Positions 1 through 10,789 of a stretch of 64,000 nt of DNA are shown here, one piece after another. Source of the DNA: Raillietiella orientalis (lineage: Eukaryota); the NCBI GenBank assembly GCA_036172245.1, contig JAYWIR010000006.1, forward strand, positions 1,612,001 through 1,676,000, read 5' to 3'. The notes below the pieces were generated by a model that did not search any database, had not been told where the DNA came from, and saw nothing but the letters and a program-made list of their open reading frames with translations. Each line of letters begins with the position of its first letter. Position 1 is the first letter of the stretch. The translations under genes and the position numbers were made by a program.

Positions 1-339
1 GGCCCATTTCAGGTTCCCTGCGGATTCCAGAACGTACCCTGGCGTGCACAGGTCGCGGACCGACGACGGCGCTCTTGAGAGAAAAGAGGGAGGGGGTAAG
101 TTTGGAATCTCCTTCGGATGCTCGGCTCACAGAGCGTCTAAAAAGGTGCACGCGGCGAGGATATCCCCCCGTCGTGGCGAAAGGGAGCTTTGAACCTGCT
201 CTGTTCCCAGGTGATGCCTTCGTGAAAAATTAGTTTCCGCGCAGATGATGAAGATGGATAACGCCGGAGGGAGGAAACTTATCGGAATTTTGACAGGATA
301 ATGATGAAGGGAAATTTGCGAAACAGGACGTTGGGTTGT

Positions 340-1800
340 TCGCGGCTCTGTTTAGATTAGGAGGTTGCGAGGTTGCAGCCCGAGGAGCGGAGAGACCGCG
401 TAAACAGGGATGCGCGCGCCTCGAAAAATGGGTGTTCCCCCCTGGAATGACAGACCTCTGGGATCCATCATTTCGAGGAGTCTCGCATCCCCGAGTGTTG
501 CTACCACCCTCGGCAAAACCTACGCCGAACTCGGCCGGTGGGGACAGTGGTGGCGGAGCGGACCAAAGTTCCCCCCCCCCCTTTCTCCTCCTGAGCGCGC
601 AAGCGCGCAAGCGCCATCCCTTCGTCCGCCCGCGTGCCGATCCCGGACTGGGTTTGCCCCGCTCCGCCACTCCTTCCGGTACAGCGAAGGAGAGAGGGAG
701 GGAAGGAAGGGAAGGGCGAAGACTCTTTTTTCTTCTTTTGCATCCACACCCCCACCTCCACCCCAGCGCGATCGTGCGAGAGACCTTCTCGCAGCCCTTT
801 CGAGTCTCCTTCCTTCCGCTCCCTCTCTTTCGAATCGGGTCTGCGCGGAATTGGCGTGAAACCTTCGGGTTTCATCCGCGAGAGAGCGCGCCTCTCTCCT
901 CGGAGAGCGACGATCCATTAGGTGGGTGGCACGAATCGCGGTTTTCGTTGCCCTCTCCTTGGCGATGGAAGGGGGAGAAGACAGGCAGAAGGATGGCTAC
1001 GAGGAAAAGGGGAAAGAAATGAAAACAAAGAAAAGCTCCCCTCCTCTTTCCCTTGAGGCTGGTCTTCTCAGCTCCCGCAGCCACGTGCAACGGAACCCCC
1101 AAAGAACCTCCCTCACACCCCACCCAACCCCGGCCTCGGAATTCCCGTCATCGAACGTCCAGCGTGGTTTGCGTGCGTGTGAAATGCGGAATTTAGTCAG
1201 AATTTCCGCTGCGCGGACGTTGCTCGGAGGACAACGCGCTGGACACCAGCCGCCTCCGCCGCCGCGCGTCGAGTGCCGTCGGCTGCGCATCCTCGACGCC
1301 GCACGCAACCGCCGACTCCTCTGCTGCTTGCCCTACAGTTGGTACGGTAGCCTCGGGGAGAAATTTCGCCACGGGACGAGGCTCCTCCGCTCTCCCCCGC
1401 TTCCCGAGGATGGAGCTTTTCGAAAGCTCACACCTAAAAGCAGGGGCGTCAGGCCCCCTTTATTGCCTTTCGGGGACACGGCTTTGCCCGGGAGACGGAG
1501 GGGGGAGAGGCTGTCGCCTTCCGCACACACCGTCTGCCGCCTCTATGCTGCGTGCAGCATCGCGAAGCTCCAGCAGATTCGTCCTCGCTTGGTGCCACCG
1601 CGGCTGGCCGCGTCTCTAGTCTCCTCCTCCTCGGTCGCATGAGCGGGCAGCAGGAAGACAGCGCCACTGACCTCCAAAGCGCTGACCTTCGCGTCTCGGC
1701 ATCAGCAGAAGGCACGCGCGCGCTCCTCTTCGGTGGAATTCGACGGCCGGCTGCTCACCCGGAGCAGAAGCTTCTTCTACCACCCCGTGGTCCACCTCAG
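340..1800 (+). pseudogene. Decayed fused-histone array block: H4-H2B-H2A-H3-H4-like segments
   Basis: ORF 336..1022: LFRLGGCEVAARGAERPRKQGCARLEKWV ~ H4 [41 protein letters not shown] ~ H2B HPDTGISSKA; SAIVRETFSQ ~ NSFVNDIFER. ORF 926..1642: PLSLEAGLLSSRSHVQR ~ H2A SRSSRAGLQFPVGRIHR; ECRRL..RRLLCCLPY and LPFGDTAL ~ H3. ORF 1552..2166: AEGTRALL ~ H4 YEETRGVL. Confidence 0.6.
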
Positions 1801-1959
1801 GGAGGGGGCGATAACCGGATGGGAGAGCGGTACACTTTTCCGGTTCGAAAAAAAAAAAGAGTGAAAAGGGATCGCCATACGGAACGCCCCGAGCCGCCCC
1901 ACGAACTCAGCCTCCTCTCTTTTTCGAAAACGGAGGAGGCGAGGGGAAGGGAAGGGAGA

Positions 1960-3110
1960 AGGAAGTCTTCTTCCCGGTTTCCTGATTCTCGTCGGGGCGT
2001 TTCGGATGCACCCGCAGACAGAAATCCCTGTGAGTCTCTCCCATCGATCCAGTCTGGATTTTCGGATCTTGGAGTCTTCCCTCTCCCGCTCCGTTCCTCA
2101 ACGGGATGGCGACGGATCCCGGCGGTCCGTTGGCCTCTTGTGCCCTTGTGCACCTCTGAAGGCTGACGCTGCTTCGGGAAGGATGAATTTCCCCTTGGAA
2201 AAGGGGGCTTGGGACCAAGCGCACATTCCGGAACGCCTCCCGTCACGCAACGACGGTCCTTTGGGACCTGCTGGATGAGTGCAGAGGAAGAGCCGATGGT
2301 TTCCGTTCCTCTGAACTTGTGACGGTCGCAGAGGTGCAAGCGACGCGGCTCCCTCCATTGGTCCATACGCTGGGCTCATTGGGGAACGAAGGGAAGCCCC
2401 GCTGAGGTTCCCAGGAGCGCTTGGGGGGGTTTCCTTGAGACGAACTGTTCGTTGGTTTCGTCACCTCTGCATTCTTTCCTGTTGCTCCTGTCCTCTCGTC
2501 GGTGTTTGCATGACAGTCGCTCACGGGCGACGGCGGCGACGGCAACCACAGCGAGAAGATCTCTGGTCAGAATTCACATCCTCCTTCAGATCCCTTCCTC
2601 TCCATCCTGCCAACGCCGAAGACGTTGCTGTTACCCCATCACAGTGTACCGTTGCGAAGACCTTCCCACTTGTCTGGGAAGGTCCGCCCGGCACAGCCGC
2701 TGATCCGGTAACTCCACCGAGTCGCTGGGTCTCCCTCCCCGATTCGCTCCACTGATTCCTACTTCCACTCATCTGGATGATGATTTTCCCTTTTTGATTT
2801 CCCCTGTTTCGGTTACGTCATCTTGGACGTCACCTTACCCTTGGAGAGCACTCCTTGCGCGTTAAGTGCTCGAGGGAGAACGGAGACCACATGCAATGAC
2901 CTCACCGCCTCCTTGTTAACATAAGGATGTTGGGGTGACCATCCGAACCCTACTAGCTCCCTATGGTCCTAAAACCCCCGAAATGCAAGACCTGGAGATT
3001 CCTGCAAGCTGTAACTCGACGAAATAGGCGCCCTGTGGGAAGTAGCCTCTGACACCCAACATGGCTGCGATGTACATTAGATCCATGGAATGGGGCATCC
3101 CTGAAATGAA
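1960..3110 (+). pseudogene. Decayed fused-histone unit H2B-H2A-H3-H4
   Basis: MHPQTEI ~ H2B VHPDTGI; RRIPAVRWPLVP ~ REIQTAVRLLLP; GRMNFPLEK ~ H2A AGLQFPVGR; FRSLPLH..AEDVA and LESTPCALSARG ~ H3; TIRTLLAPYGPK and TWRFLQAVTR ~ H4 [12 protein letters not shown] and [10 protein letters not shown]. Several frameshifts. Confidence 0.55.
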
Positions 3111-3369
3111 GGGATCCCCCAGAACATCGGCTCTCAAGAAGAACTGGTAGCAGCCGTTGAAAATGCAGGAGAGGATTCTTTAGAAGCAATGCTGCAGCCT
3201 TGGACGCGCAGATGCCAAGACATACCAGAATGTGAAGATGGCGAAGATCGTAAAAAATCTTCTCTCCCCTTCCCCTCCATTATTCTGTGATCCTGCCGTT
3301 CCAGTTTATGTCATCACTCACGACGGCGTAACCAGGGAGTTCTCAGCATCCGCGAAAGCTCGGATTGTG

Positions 3370-4900
3370 TTCCCGAGCCCGTTCGTGGCGGGAGGCGGTT
3401 CCCAACAGACACATCCCAACATACTGCAACCTTCTTTTACCAGAGAGGAGACAGTTCCAGGGTCGCATTCGGCAGCTGGTGCAGCCCCTGAAAAAAAAAC
3501 ATCCTTTCGTTCCTCGAAATCCAGTAGGCAAGCAGAAGTAGCAAGACGCGCTTGGAAGACTCAGGGCAAAGGTGAAGATGAGCCGGTTGTGGCAGGAGTT
3601 GGGCGACGAAGAAGCCCGGCACACCGGATCGTATGCACGCTTGCAAGGAAGGACAGGTTCGACTTGTGGAACGACCGGCGTCGTCCACGCGTGCCTTCCG
3701 GAAGAGCGAGCAGAAGCCATCCTTATGCACGAGCGCTTCCCGATTTTGCGAGCGATGGGACGGTGTTCCGAAACATGCCGCTTGCCGCTGAAGTGTTTCG
3801 GGAGTTCTTCCTACTTCCCCAAAGTGGAACTTCCTGAATTCTGGGACCGGTGATCTTGTTTTTCTCAAAACGGCAAGCGTGGATCCTGGACTACCCACGG
3901 TTACCCACCTGACGTGTTACCCTGCGCAAAATTCTTCTGCCCCTTTTCCTTCCCGACCTCTGCCGGAAATTCCTGATTAAATTTCAAATGAGCGAAAATT
4001 CAAATGTCCTCGCTCGTAACTTTTGCTGATGTCTCTGGGATCTCGGAGTTCGTCTTTTCCTTTTGCCTTTTAGAGCGGAGCGGAATCTGAAATGAGCGAG
4101 ATGAAAGAGAACCGGATGGTGGAAGCGAGTCCAGATTTCGCTGAACCTGAGGATAATTATGAAAGAAGTCACCCAGACAGTTGACGCCAGACGAGATTTC
4201 AAAATTATCTGCGGCACGGGACAAATGAAACGAGGGCAGATCCCTGAATAGGAGGGATCTTTTAAGGACTGCGAAGGGAATTCGGGAACTCCCACATAAA
4301 GAAGAGTCAATCGTGCTGGTTGCGAGAGACAAAGGAGTGGCGCTTTTATAGGTCTGCCTGCACCTTCCGAAAACTGCCTAACATCGTGGAGAGGAGAGCG
4401 AGAGAATCTGGCAAAATGGACCAGAGCGGAAGTTGCCATCGACAAACAGAGATCTCTCCGTTGAAATTACGCGAAGCGGGACACCCCAGAAAGCTCCGTG
4501 TGTTTCGTCCGCGCAACGGAAGACTGTCATTCCGTTTCGCCAGCGCTAGGGAGAACTTCGTTCGGCATCCTGACGAGAGTGGCAATGAAGCTGCTCGGAG
4601 CCCGGCTGGTCACTGTGAGGGGGGGGGACAGGCCTCCTGCCCGCTCTTCCAGGGTCTAGAAGAGGATTCGTTTAGGAGACCTTTGTTCCCTTCCACTTTG
4701 GGAACGAGAAATGTATCTTCTGAGTAAGCCGTCATTCCGGAGCGCCGTTTACAGCCACTGCATTAGAAGGACCTTGAAGTGGCTCAACGTGAGGTCCAAG
4801 GAACGAGGGTGCCACAGGAAGCTGGTCTGTCCCTCTCTTCCCGTTCCTTCCTGACTCAGATTCTCAGAAGGCATTCTCGCCCACCGCGGTGAGGACGACC
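3370..4900 (+). pseudogene. Decayed fused-histone segments H2B-H2A, then H2B-H2A-(H3)
   Basis: ORF 3232..3837: SQQTHPN ~ H2B LKQVHPD, in frame with SPAHRIVCTLARKDR ~ H2A FPVGRIHRLLRKGN and LAAEVFREF ~ LAAEVLEL. Then ISLNLRIIMKEV ~ H2B YIYKVLKQV and KLREAGHPRKL ~ H2A LLRKGNYAERV. Confidence 0.55.
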
Positions 4901-4959
4901 CGCCCATCCCCTATTTATTTATTCATTTGCTGGTCCTCACATCGCTTCCTTCCTAGTTC

Positions 4960-6150
4960 TGTTTCCAGCGAGAAGACTTTGGTTTCAGGCTGGCACATAA
5001 ACTTCCACGGATACTTCCCGTATCCTTCGAAGTTCGTCTTCCTTCGTCTCCTCTTCGAATCGCTTGAGCGACTCGGAGCACCCACATTCACCACGAGCTC
5101 CTCTTGCACCCCATTGCCCTTTTTCTCCCCTTTCTCCCTTTCGATTTTCCCCTCAGAATGAACGAGAAGAGATTCTCACTTCCGGGAAGGGGAGCGACCT
5201 CCTTCAGAGGAACGCCAGCACTTGCCTTGCCCAGTGCTTCTCGTGCGACAGCCATCCTGCCTTCGAGAGGGCGCCATAGACGCCCTCCGCCATCCGAATG
5301 CCTTACTCTGGCCCCCCTGCCCTGATGGTCGTGCCTTCTCGCGAATGCCTGCATGGGAGGCAAACCTTTCCTCCTTGCCAAGCCGTCATCGAATTTCTCT
5401 GAGCTCGTCGGGATGCATGCACACCGATCGAGGGGCATTCGCGAGGAAGTTTCGGAGCTCATCCACGGAATCCAGTAGGTAGCTTTCCTGGAATTCCCTT
5501 CGTCTTTTGAGATCCGTCATATTTTGACTCTTGAAACGTGAAGGGCTGGTACCTCAATTTGTTCTTCTTTTTTTTTTCTCTTTCCGTCTGGGTCCTCGTG
5601 CTCCACGTGAGTTGCACCATTTTTACCACTTGAGCCGAAGCGACGACCCTCTCCTCGCTCGGGCAGCTGCGCAGGACTTCCGTGTCCCTCAGTTACTCTC
5701 CAGGGACGGGCATACCTGGAACGCCATGCGATCGTCAGGCGGTCACTCCTGCCGGTCAGCGGGCCTATATGCGCCCGGGAGCGCCTGCAAACATCCACGA
5801 GACGCCGAGACGACCTGCGACGACTGTCGAAGCTGTTCCTCCTTTTCAGGCGGGAAAGTGGGGTGCGCCAGAGGGCAGTGCACGACGTCGACACTGAATA
5901 GGCAAATCGTCTTCCACCTCTAGTCGCCTCCCTTGACAACCCGGCTTCATTGGAAAGGCCCTGGAACGTGTCACCGGCGGCGGGAGGGACTTCGACCGAT
6001 GGAATCGTCGGATCTGACGCCCAGAGAGTAAGTGGACAGACGGGACGAACAAGAGCGCCGAGGTCTTCCAGCCTGTCGTCAAGGCGAGCGCGGCAGACAG
6101 CAGTAACTAGGAAGGCACGAATTTCCCGTCTGGAGAGGGGGAGGAGCAAG
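4960..6150 (-). pseudogene. Inverted decayed histone block H3-H4-H2B-(H2B)
   Basis: ORF 5517..6149: SRREIRAF, LGALVRPV and QGLSNEAGL ~ H3, followed in frame by PLSRLKRR and LVDVCRRSRAH ~ H4; VCMHPDE ~ H2B; ORF 4915..5109 KRRRRKTNFEGY..KFMCQPETKV ~ H2B KRKRKESYSIY..KQVHPDTGI. Confidence 0.5.
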
Positions 6151-6399
6151 AAGCGAGGCCGATGCGAGGGATGCGTTACTCTCTCTCTCGGCGTCGCCCC
6201 AATCGGAACCGCTGCCGGAGGCCACGCCGCGGGAGGACCTGAGGTCTTCCTCGACCTCCCATCTGCTTCATTTCGTTTCTCCGGGAGACGATGCGGACGC
6301 TTCTCGGCGAGTGGCCGCTCCGTCCAGCGATCGGATAAACACGTCTTCGGGATGCCCTATTAATTCCTTAATGCATGCCCATTTCTCCCTCTGCCTTTT

Positions 6400-7900
6400 G
6401 TCTGAGATCGATTTTCCCGCGAAGGCTCCCCCCTCCCCCCCTCTCTTCCGAATGGTCCAACTCTTTATTGTGTTTCGATGTGCAGGAGGAATTGTGCCAG
6501 CAACAGCGTACAGTGCTCGAAATGTTCCTCGCAGCGGACGGATCGTGGTAACTGCCGGGTAGGATGGCTCTGGACCCCATTGGCAACACATTACTTCTTT
6601 GATTGCATCGAAGAGGGATGACAAGGAAGGAAGAAAGAAAGAAAGAAAAGACAACAGTGTTTTCCTGGCCTCTCTTCTCTCCCTTTCCAGAGGATTGTAG
6701 TGATATCGAAAACAGCCATCCGAGCACATGATGATGATAAGTACCTGCGTACCGAAATAAAATTTTTATTCCCCGGAGCAATGGATTTCTTGCCGGCAAC
6801 TACCTTCAGTCCCGTAACACGTTTATCGCCGCGCTCTTCAAACACGGGTCCCCAGGAACAGCACATCCCGCCTCGACTTTCCTCGCAGGCAATCAAGAGG
6901 GCATGAGATGCGGGAAGCGTGGCTATGGGAAACACGTCCGCGTAGGGCGTGTGTGATCTCTGCGGGCGTCCGTCCGTTGATGCTGGAGGACGCTCGCTCG
7001 TCTCTATCCTCCCCTCCCCTTTTCCCACTCCCTGCTCTTCCCTTTCCCAGTCACCAGGACCGAGCCAACGGGGTGCCTCCCTGAAAAGCATTAACCCACC
7101 CTGACCTCCCTTCCTCACTTCCGCTACCGTAGCTCCCTCGAGGTGCGCGCGAATGCACACCGTTCGGAGGAGTAGCGCGCCCGAGAGAGAAAGTCCTAAG
7201 AAACTCCTCCATGCCTCCCGAAGAAGCAAAGAGTGGCTCCTGCTTCCCTCGGCCCCGCTTTCCCAGTCCTCCAGTCCCGGAAACTTCCCCCGTTTGTTTG
7301 TGCTGCAACTATCCTCGGATCGGTTCCCGTGGACTCCCTTGATGAGCAGCGCTGGAGGCCGTCTCCAGCGCCTCGGACTCCGCGGATGCTGCCGAGTCAG
7401 ACGAAAACAGCGCTCCCCCGGGAAAGCAGGGAACTTTGCGTGGAATGCGCACTTCGAAGGCCTGTCGAACTAGCACTCCGTCGGGGAAGGGCAACCCGCC
7501 TGTTCATTCGTTTCGACGGTCCCACAAAAAATCCTCCCTCCTCGGATCGCTTTCTTCTCTCAGGGACCTGCTTTGGCCGAATGCTTCGCGGGGACCGTAA
7601 ATTCCTGGAAGAGCGCCTGCCAGTCCGAGCGGCTGCAGGCGCCTCCGCCCTCAAAAACACAACAACGGCAGATGCCGCGGTTCGGGTGGGCCCTCTGTTC
7701 TCCTGCTTTGCCACGAGGAGTTCCACAGGACCAACAGGGGCGCGGGATGCGCCCAGGTCCGAAAGGGACCCGGCACAGAGTGTCTCTCTCCCCTTGCAGT
7801 GTCTTCTGTTCCTCTTGGACACCAAACTCCCTTTGGACCGGAGTGGACAAAAACCCGCGACCCACCGAGTCGGTCCTTTCGCGTGAATGCTGCGGCTTTT
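6400..7900 (+). pseudogene. Decayed histone block H4-H2B-H2A-H3-H4-H2B
   Basis: SGRIVVTA ~ H4 AKRKTVTA; ORF 6700..6906 ISKTAIRAHD, IKFLFPGAM (H2B), then TFSPVTRL and IPPRLSSQAIKR (H2A); SRRSKEWLLLPSAPL ~ H3 YQKSTELLIRKLPF; LALRRGRATRL and LRGDRKFLEE ~ H4. Confidence 0.55.
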
Positions 7901-7914
7901 CTCGAACTGGAATT

Positions 7915-9000
7915 TTGTCACCCGGTAAGCTGGGGTGTTTCTTTTATAAAAAATAAAGCATTCGGGAACACTCTGGTTCCCAAGCGAAAGCAACAAGGGT
8001 TCAAGGGGAGGGTCCACCGACATGCAAGGCGGGATAACACAAAGTCGGGCACGGGGTAGGAAATCGGGGGACAACAAAAAATAGAAACAATAAATGCGTT
8101 GGGATGGGGCAGGAATATTTGAGTTTTCTTCGTGTGCACCGGGATCAAAACGCAAACACCGGGGAAGTTACGGAGCAAACGGGGATAGGGAATGAGAAAA
8201 TGAAAAATTAAGAAGGGCAGGGGATAAGGGTCACAGGTGTCCGTCGTTCTTAACTATGCAAAAACTGGAGCTGGATGCCAGCGATCTTCTCCTTCACTTC
8301 TCGTACCAAGTGAGGTCACCTTGCAACCGTCTTCGTGAAGGCGGCTGCCATCCCGGTGATCTCCCTTCGCTGCCTGGTCGTCTCCAGCACGTGGAGGGCC
8401 GTGACGAGGGCACGTATGCAATCCCATGCACGTGATCACCGCGTCCGTCGAGAGTCCTCCCGGCGCGAAGAACCGCCACAGCAGGTTGCAGGCGGTGTCC
8501 TCCTGGTGCAGGCCACTGACGACCAGACTCCGCCGCAGTTCCTGCAGGGCCCCGCAGTCCAAAAGCAGGTGCGGCGGGATCGACTCCCGCTGACTCGCAC
8601 CTGGCTCAGTTCGTTGATGCACCCCCCTGCGGAAACGAGGATGCCGCTGCTCGTCTCGCTGGAATCCCCAGTGGAGGAAGAACAATACGTCCTGTTTCCA
8701 GGAGAGGGAGAACACTGAAGTGTCCAAAACATGGGGAGGGACCACAAGTTCTTCGGGGGCAGCACTGAAGAGTTCCGCACCACCGAAGGAGTCCTGTCGC
8801 CAAAGCTCCAAGCGGAGTGACGTCTTCCAGTCGTTCAGGAGTTTCGTCATTCCCACTACGATGCAGGGAAACTCACCTCGCCGGTCGGCTACTGGAATTC
8901 ACCTGCTCGCTAATAGGCTCTCCGATGTGCATAGCTCTGCCTGCTGAGATGTGCCGCATGCTGAAGTAGCGCACCACCTCGTGATGCGCCTAAGGTACCA
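7915..9000 (-). mobile_element. 3' fragment of L1/Tx1-like non-LTR retrotransposon (subfamily B)
   Basis: ESIPPHLLLDC is the zf-RVT-type E-x3/4-HL-x3-C motif. HQEDTACNLLWRFF matches HPEDTAKDLLRRFF at ~17390. It ends in the shared 3' motif CCCAGCTTACCGGGTGA. Confidence 0.7.
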
Positions 9001-9344
9001 AACCCCGTGGTCGGCGCGGCGAAAATTAGGGGACATTCACGTGACTCGGAGAAGGAAAGACTCCGGATGGATGAAAAACTGGACATTCAGAGATCGGCTG
9101 CTGTGAATTTCGAGTTTCGGAAGCCGACGTCCTCCGGGTCCAACATCGCGACTCGATGCATTTCCGGCAGACTGAGGTCAGGCACTCTTCTGGGGAGAAT
9201 CATGACGTCCCGTTGAGACGGAAGGACCCGAAGAAAGAAACCGGCAGAGAGACTTCCAAGTCTCTCATCAGGGCTGCAGTTTTATTTGCCATGAACCTCC
9301 CTGCGCCTCGAATTCTGCTGCCGCCGCCTCTGCTTGCTGCTCCT

Positions 9345-10150
9345 TAGGGAAGGTTTAAACAAAACAAAAGTAATAGGTCCATTGGCCCTACCACGTCCAG
9401 ACAATTAGGAACTTGCCTAGAAACTGGTGCACAGACCGGAGAGGGTGGCGTCGGCGGCAGAGGGGAAAGGAGGAAACAGAAGAGGAAAAAAGAAAGTAAA
9501 AATGTAACTATAGATGAAATCACTTGAGGGCGGGACCGGGAAAAGGTCAAAGTCTGCTGGGAACCGCTCTCTGTATCCTCTCAAGGGTGCCGCTTCTTCT
9601 GCAAGTTCCTCATGTGAGGACATCTCGTTGCCTTCCTGGAAAAACTCCAGAGTGGATGGCGTCCCTTGAGCTGCCTCCTCTAGCATCGCTCCAGACCACC
9701 ACAATCTCGCATAGGCAGCAAAGAGCTGCTGGGGGGCGTTTGGCGGCAATGCGTCGCAAGCGAAGAGGGGGGATTCCCGTGAGCACCTGGGGTCGCCACG
9801 TGTGCTTCGGACGGTCGTCGCCGCAAAACATTTCCCGCAACGTTTGCAGGACAACGCAGTCTACGAGCGAGTGCGGGAGAAATTCGCATTCCCCACACCT
9901 GCTGAAGTTTGGGTCCACCCTGGGTCCAGTGATGCCAGCGGGAGTTGCATGGAAGACTCCGATGCAACAGCAAAAGCACCGACTCCCTCACTTGAGAAAG
10001 GGGAGGGTGAGGGTATTCCGGAGTGCTGTAGGCCACTCGAGACCTTCACGGGGAATTCCTGGCAGCTCACCCCACCGCAAAAGTCCTTTCGGTGGCACGC
10101 ATGGGGTCGCAGTCAGCTGGATGATGGTCCAATCACCTAGCGCTCTGCAC
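9345..10150 (-). mobile_element. 3' fragment of L1/Tx1-like LINE (subfamily A)
   Basis: DPNFSRCGECEFLPHSLVDC zinc-finger motif; nucleotide similarity to 21780-22420; 3' hairpin at 9373-9391. Confidence 0.75.
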
Positions 10151-10154
10151 CTGA

Positions 10155-10780
10155 ATTATCACCCGGGTGCGCCGGGGAGTTTATTTCATATAAAAATAAC
10201 TACTTACAATCTCTGTGGCTAGACCGATGGTCCAACCACGTCCTTTTCAGAACGAACCTGCCGCGTTGCCGGTATGCAGACCGGCGGGGTCAGCCACGGC
10301 AGCAGAGGGGAGGGTGAAAGCAAAAAGGGAGAAAGAACAAAAATGAAAATAAATTGGGGGGTGAGAGAAGGGATTTCTGGGACAGGATCCTGCATTCTTT
10401 GGAGGATGCCGGCAAGCTCTTGCTGGATATTGCTGTCCAGATGGCTCCATCTCGTTGCTGTCTTGATGAATCGGGCAGAGAAGTGGATGTGGCACCCCTG
10501 TCGTTTGATCCTCCCCTTGCGTCCCTCCAGGCCGCTACAATCCCGCGTAGGCAGGCAGCAGAGGGCTGCTAGCGAGGCTGCCGGCCGAAGGGCGTCGCGT
10601 GGGAGGAGGGGTCGTAAAGTGTCGCCTTAGTTGCCGCCGGGGGTCCCCTAGGGTCACGACGAAGCGTTCCCGGATGGACCGGGCGGCGACACAACCCACA
10701 AGCAGGCTGGGGAGAGATTCGCGCTTCCCGCATCTGCCACAGTTCTAGTCCACACACAACCCATGTCTAGTGATGCCGTG
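10155..10780 (-). mobile_element. 3' fragment of L1/Tx1-like LINE (subfamily A)
   Basis: NCGRCGKRESLPSLLVGC motif; clear nucleotide similarity to 50210-50750; 3' hairpin at 10215-10239 and terminal CCCGGGTGA motif. Confidence 0.8.
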
Positions 10781-10789
10781 GTTACACGG

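Noticed and set aside
3572..3750. HMG-box-like KMSRLWQELGDEEA
   Set aside because: Isolated motif; the overlapping frame gives H2B and H2A matches.
6380..7850. LINE RT relic on the minus strand (YADV, GLKV). Similar RT, endonuclease or Penelope-like readings at ~28490, 41320, 43750, 45500, 45860, 46700, 48120, 56250 and 58480
   Set aside because: In each case the motifs are partial, and another frame or strand gives histone matches that fit the local order. The 41310-41560 case remains ambiguous.
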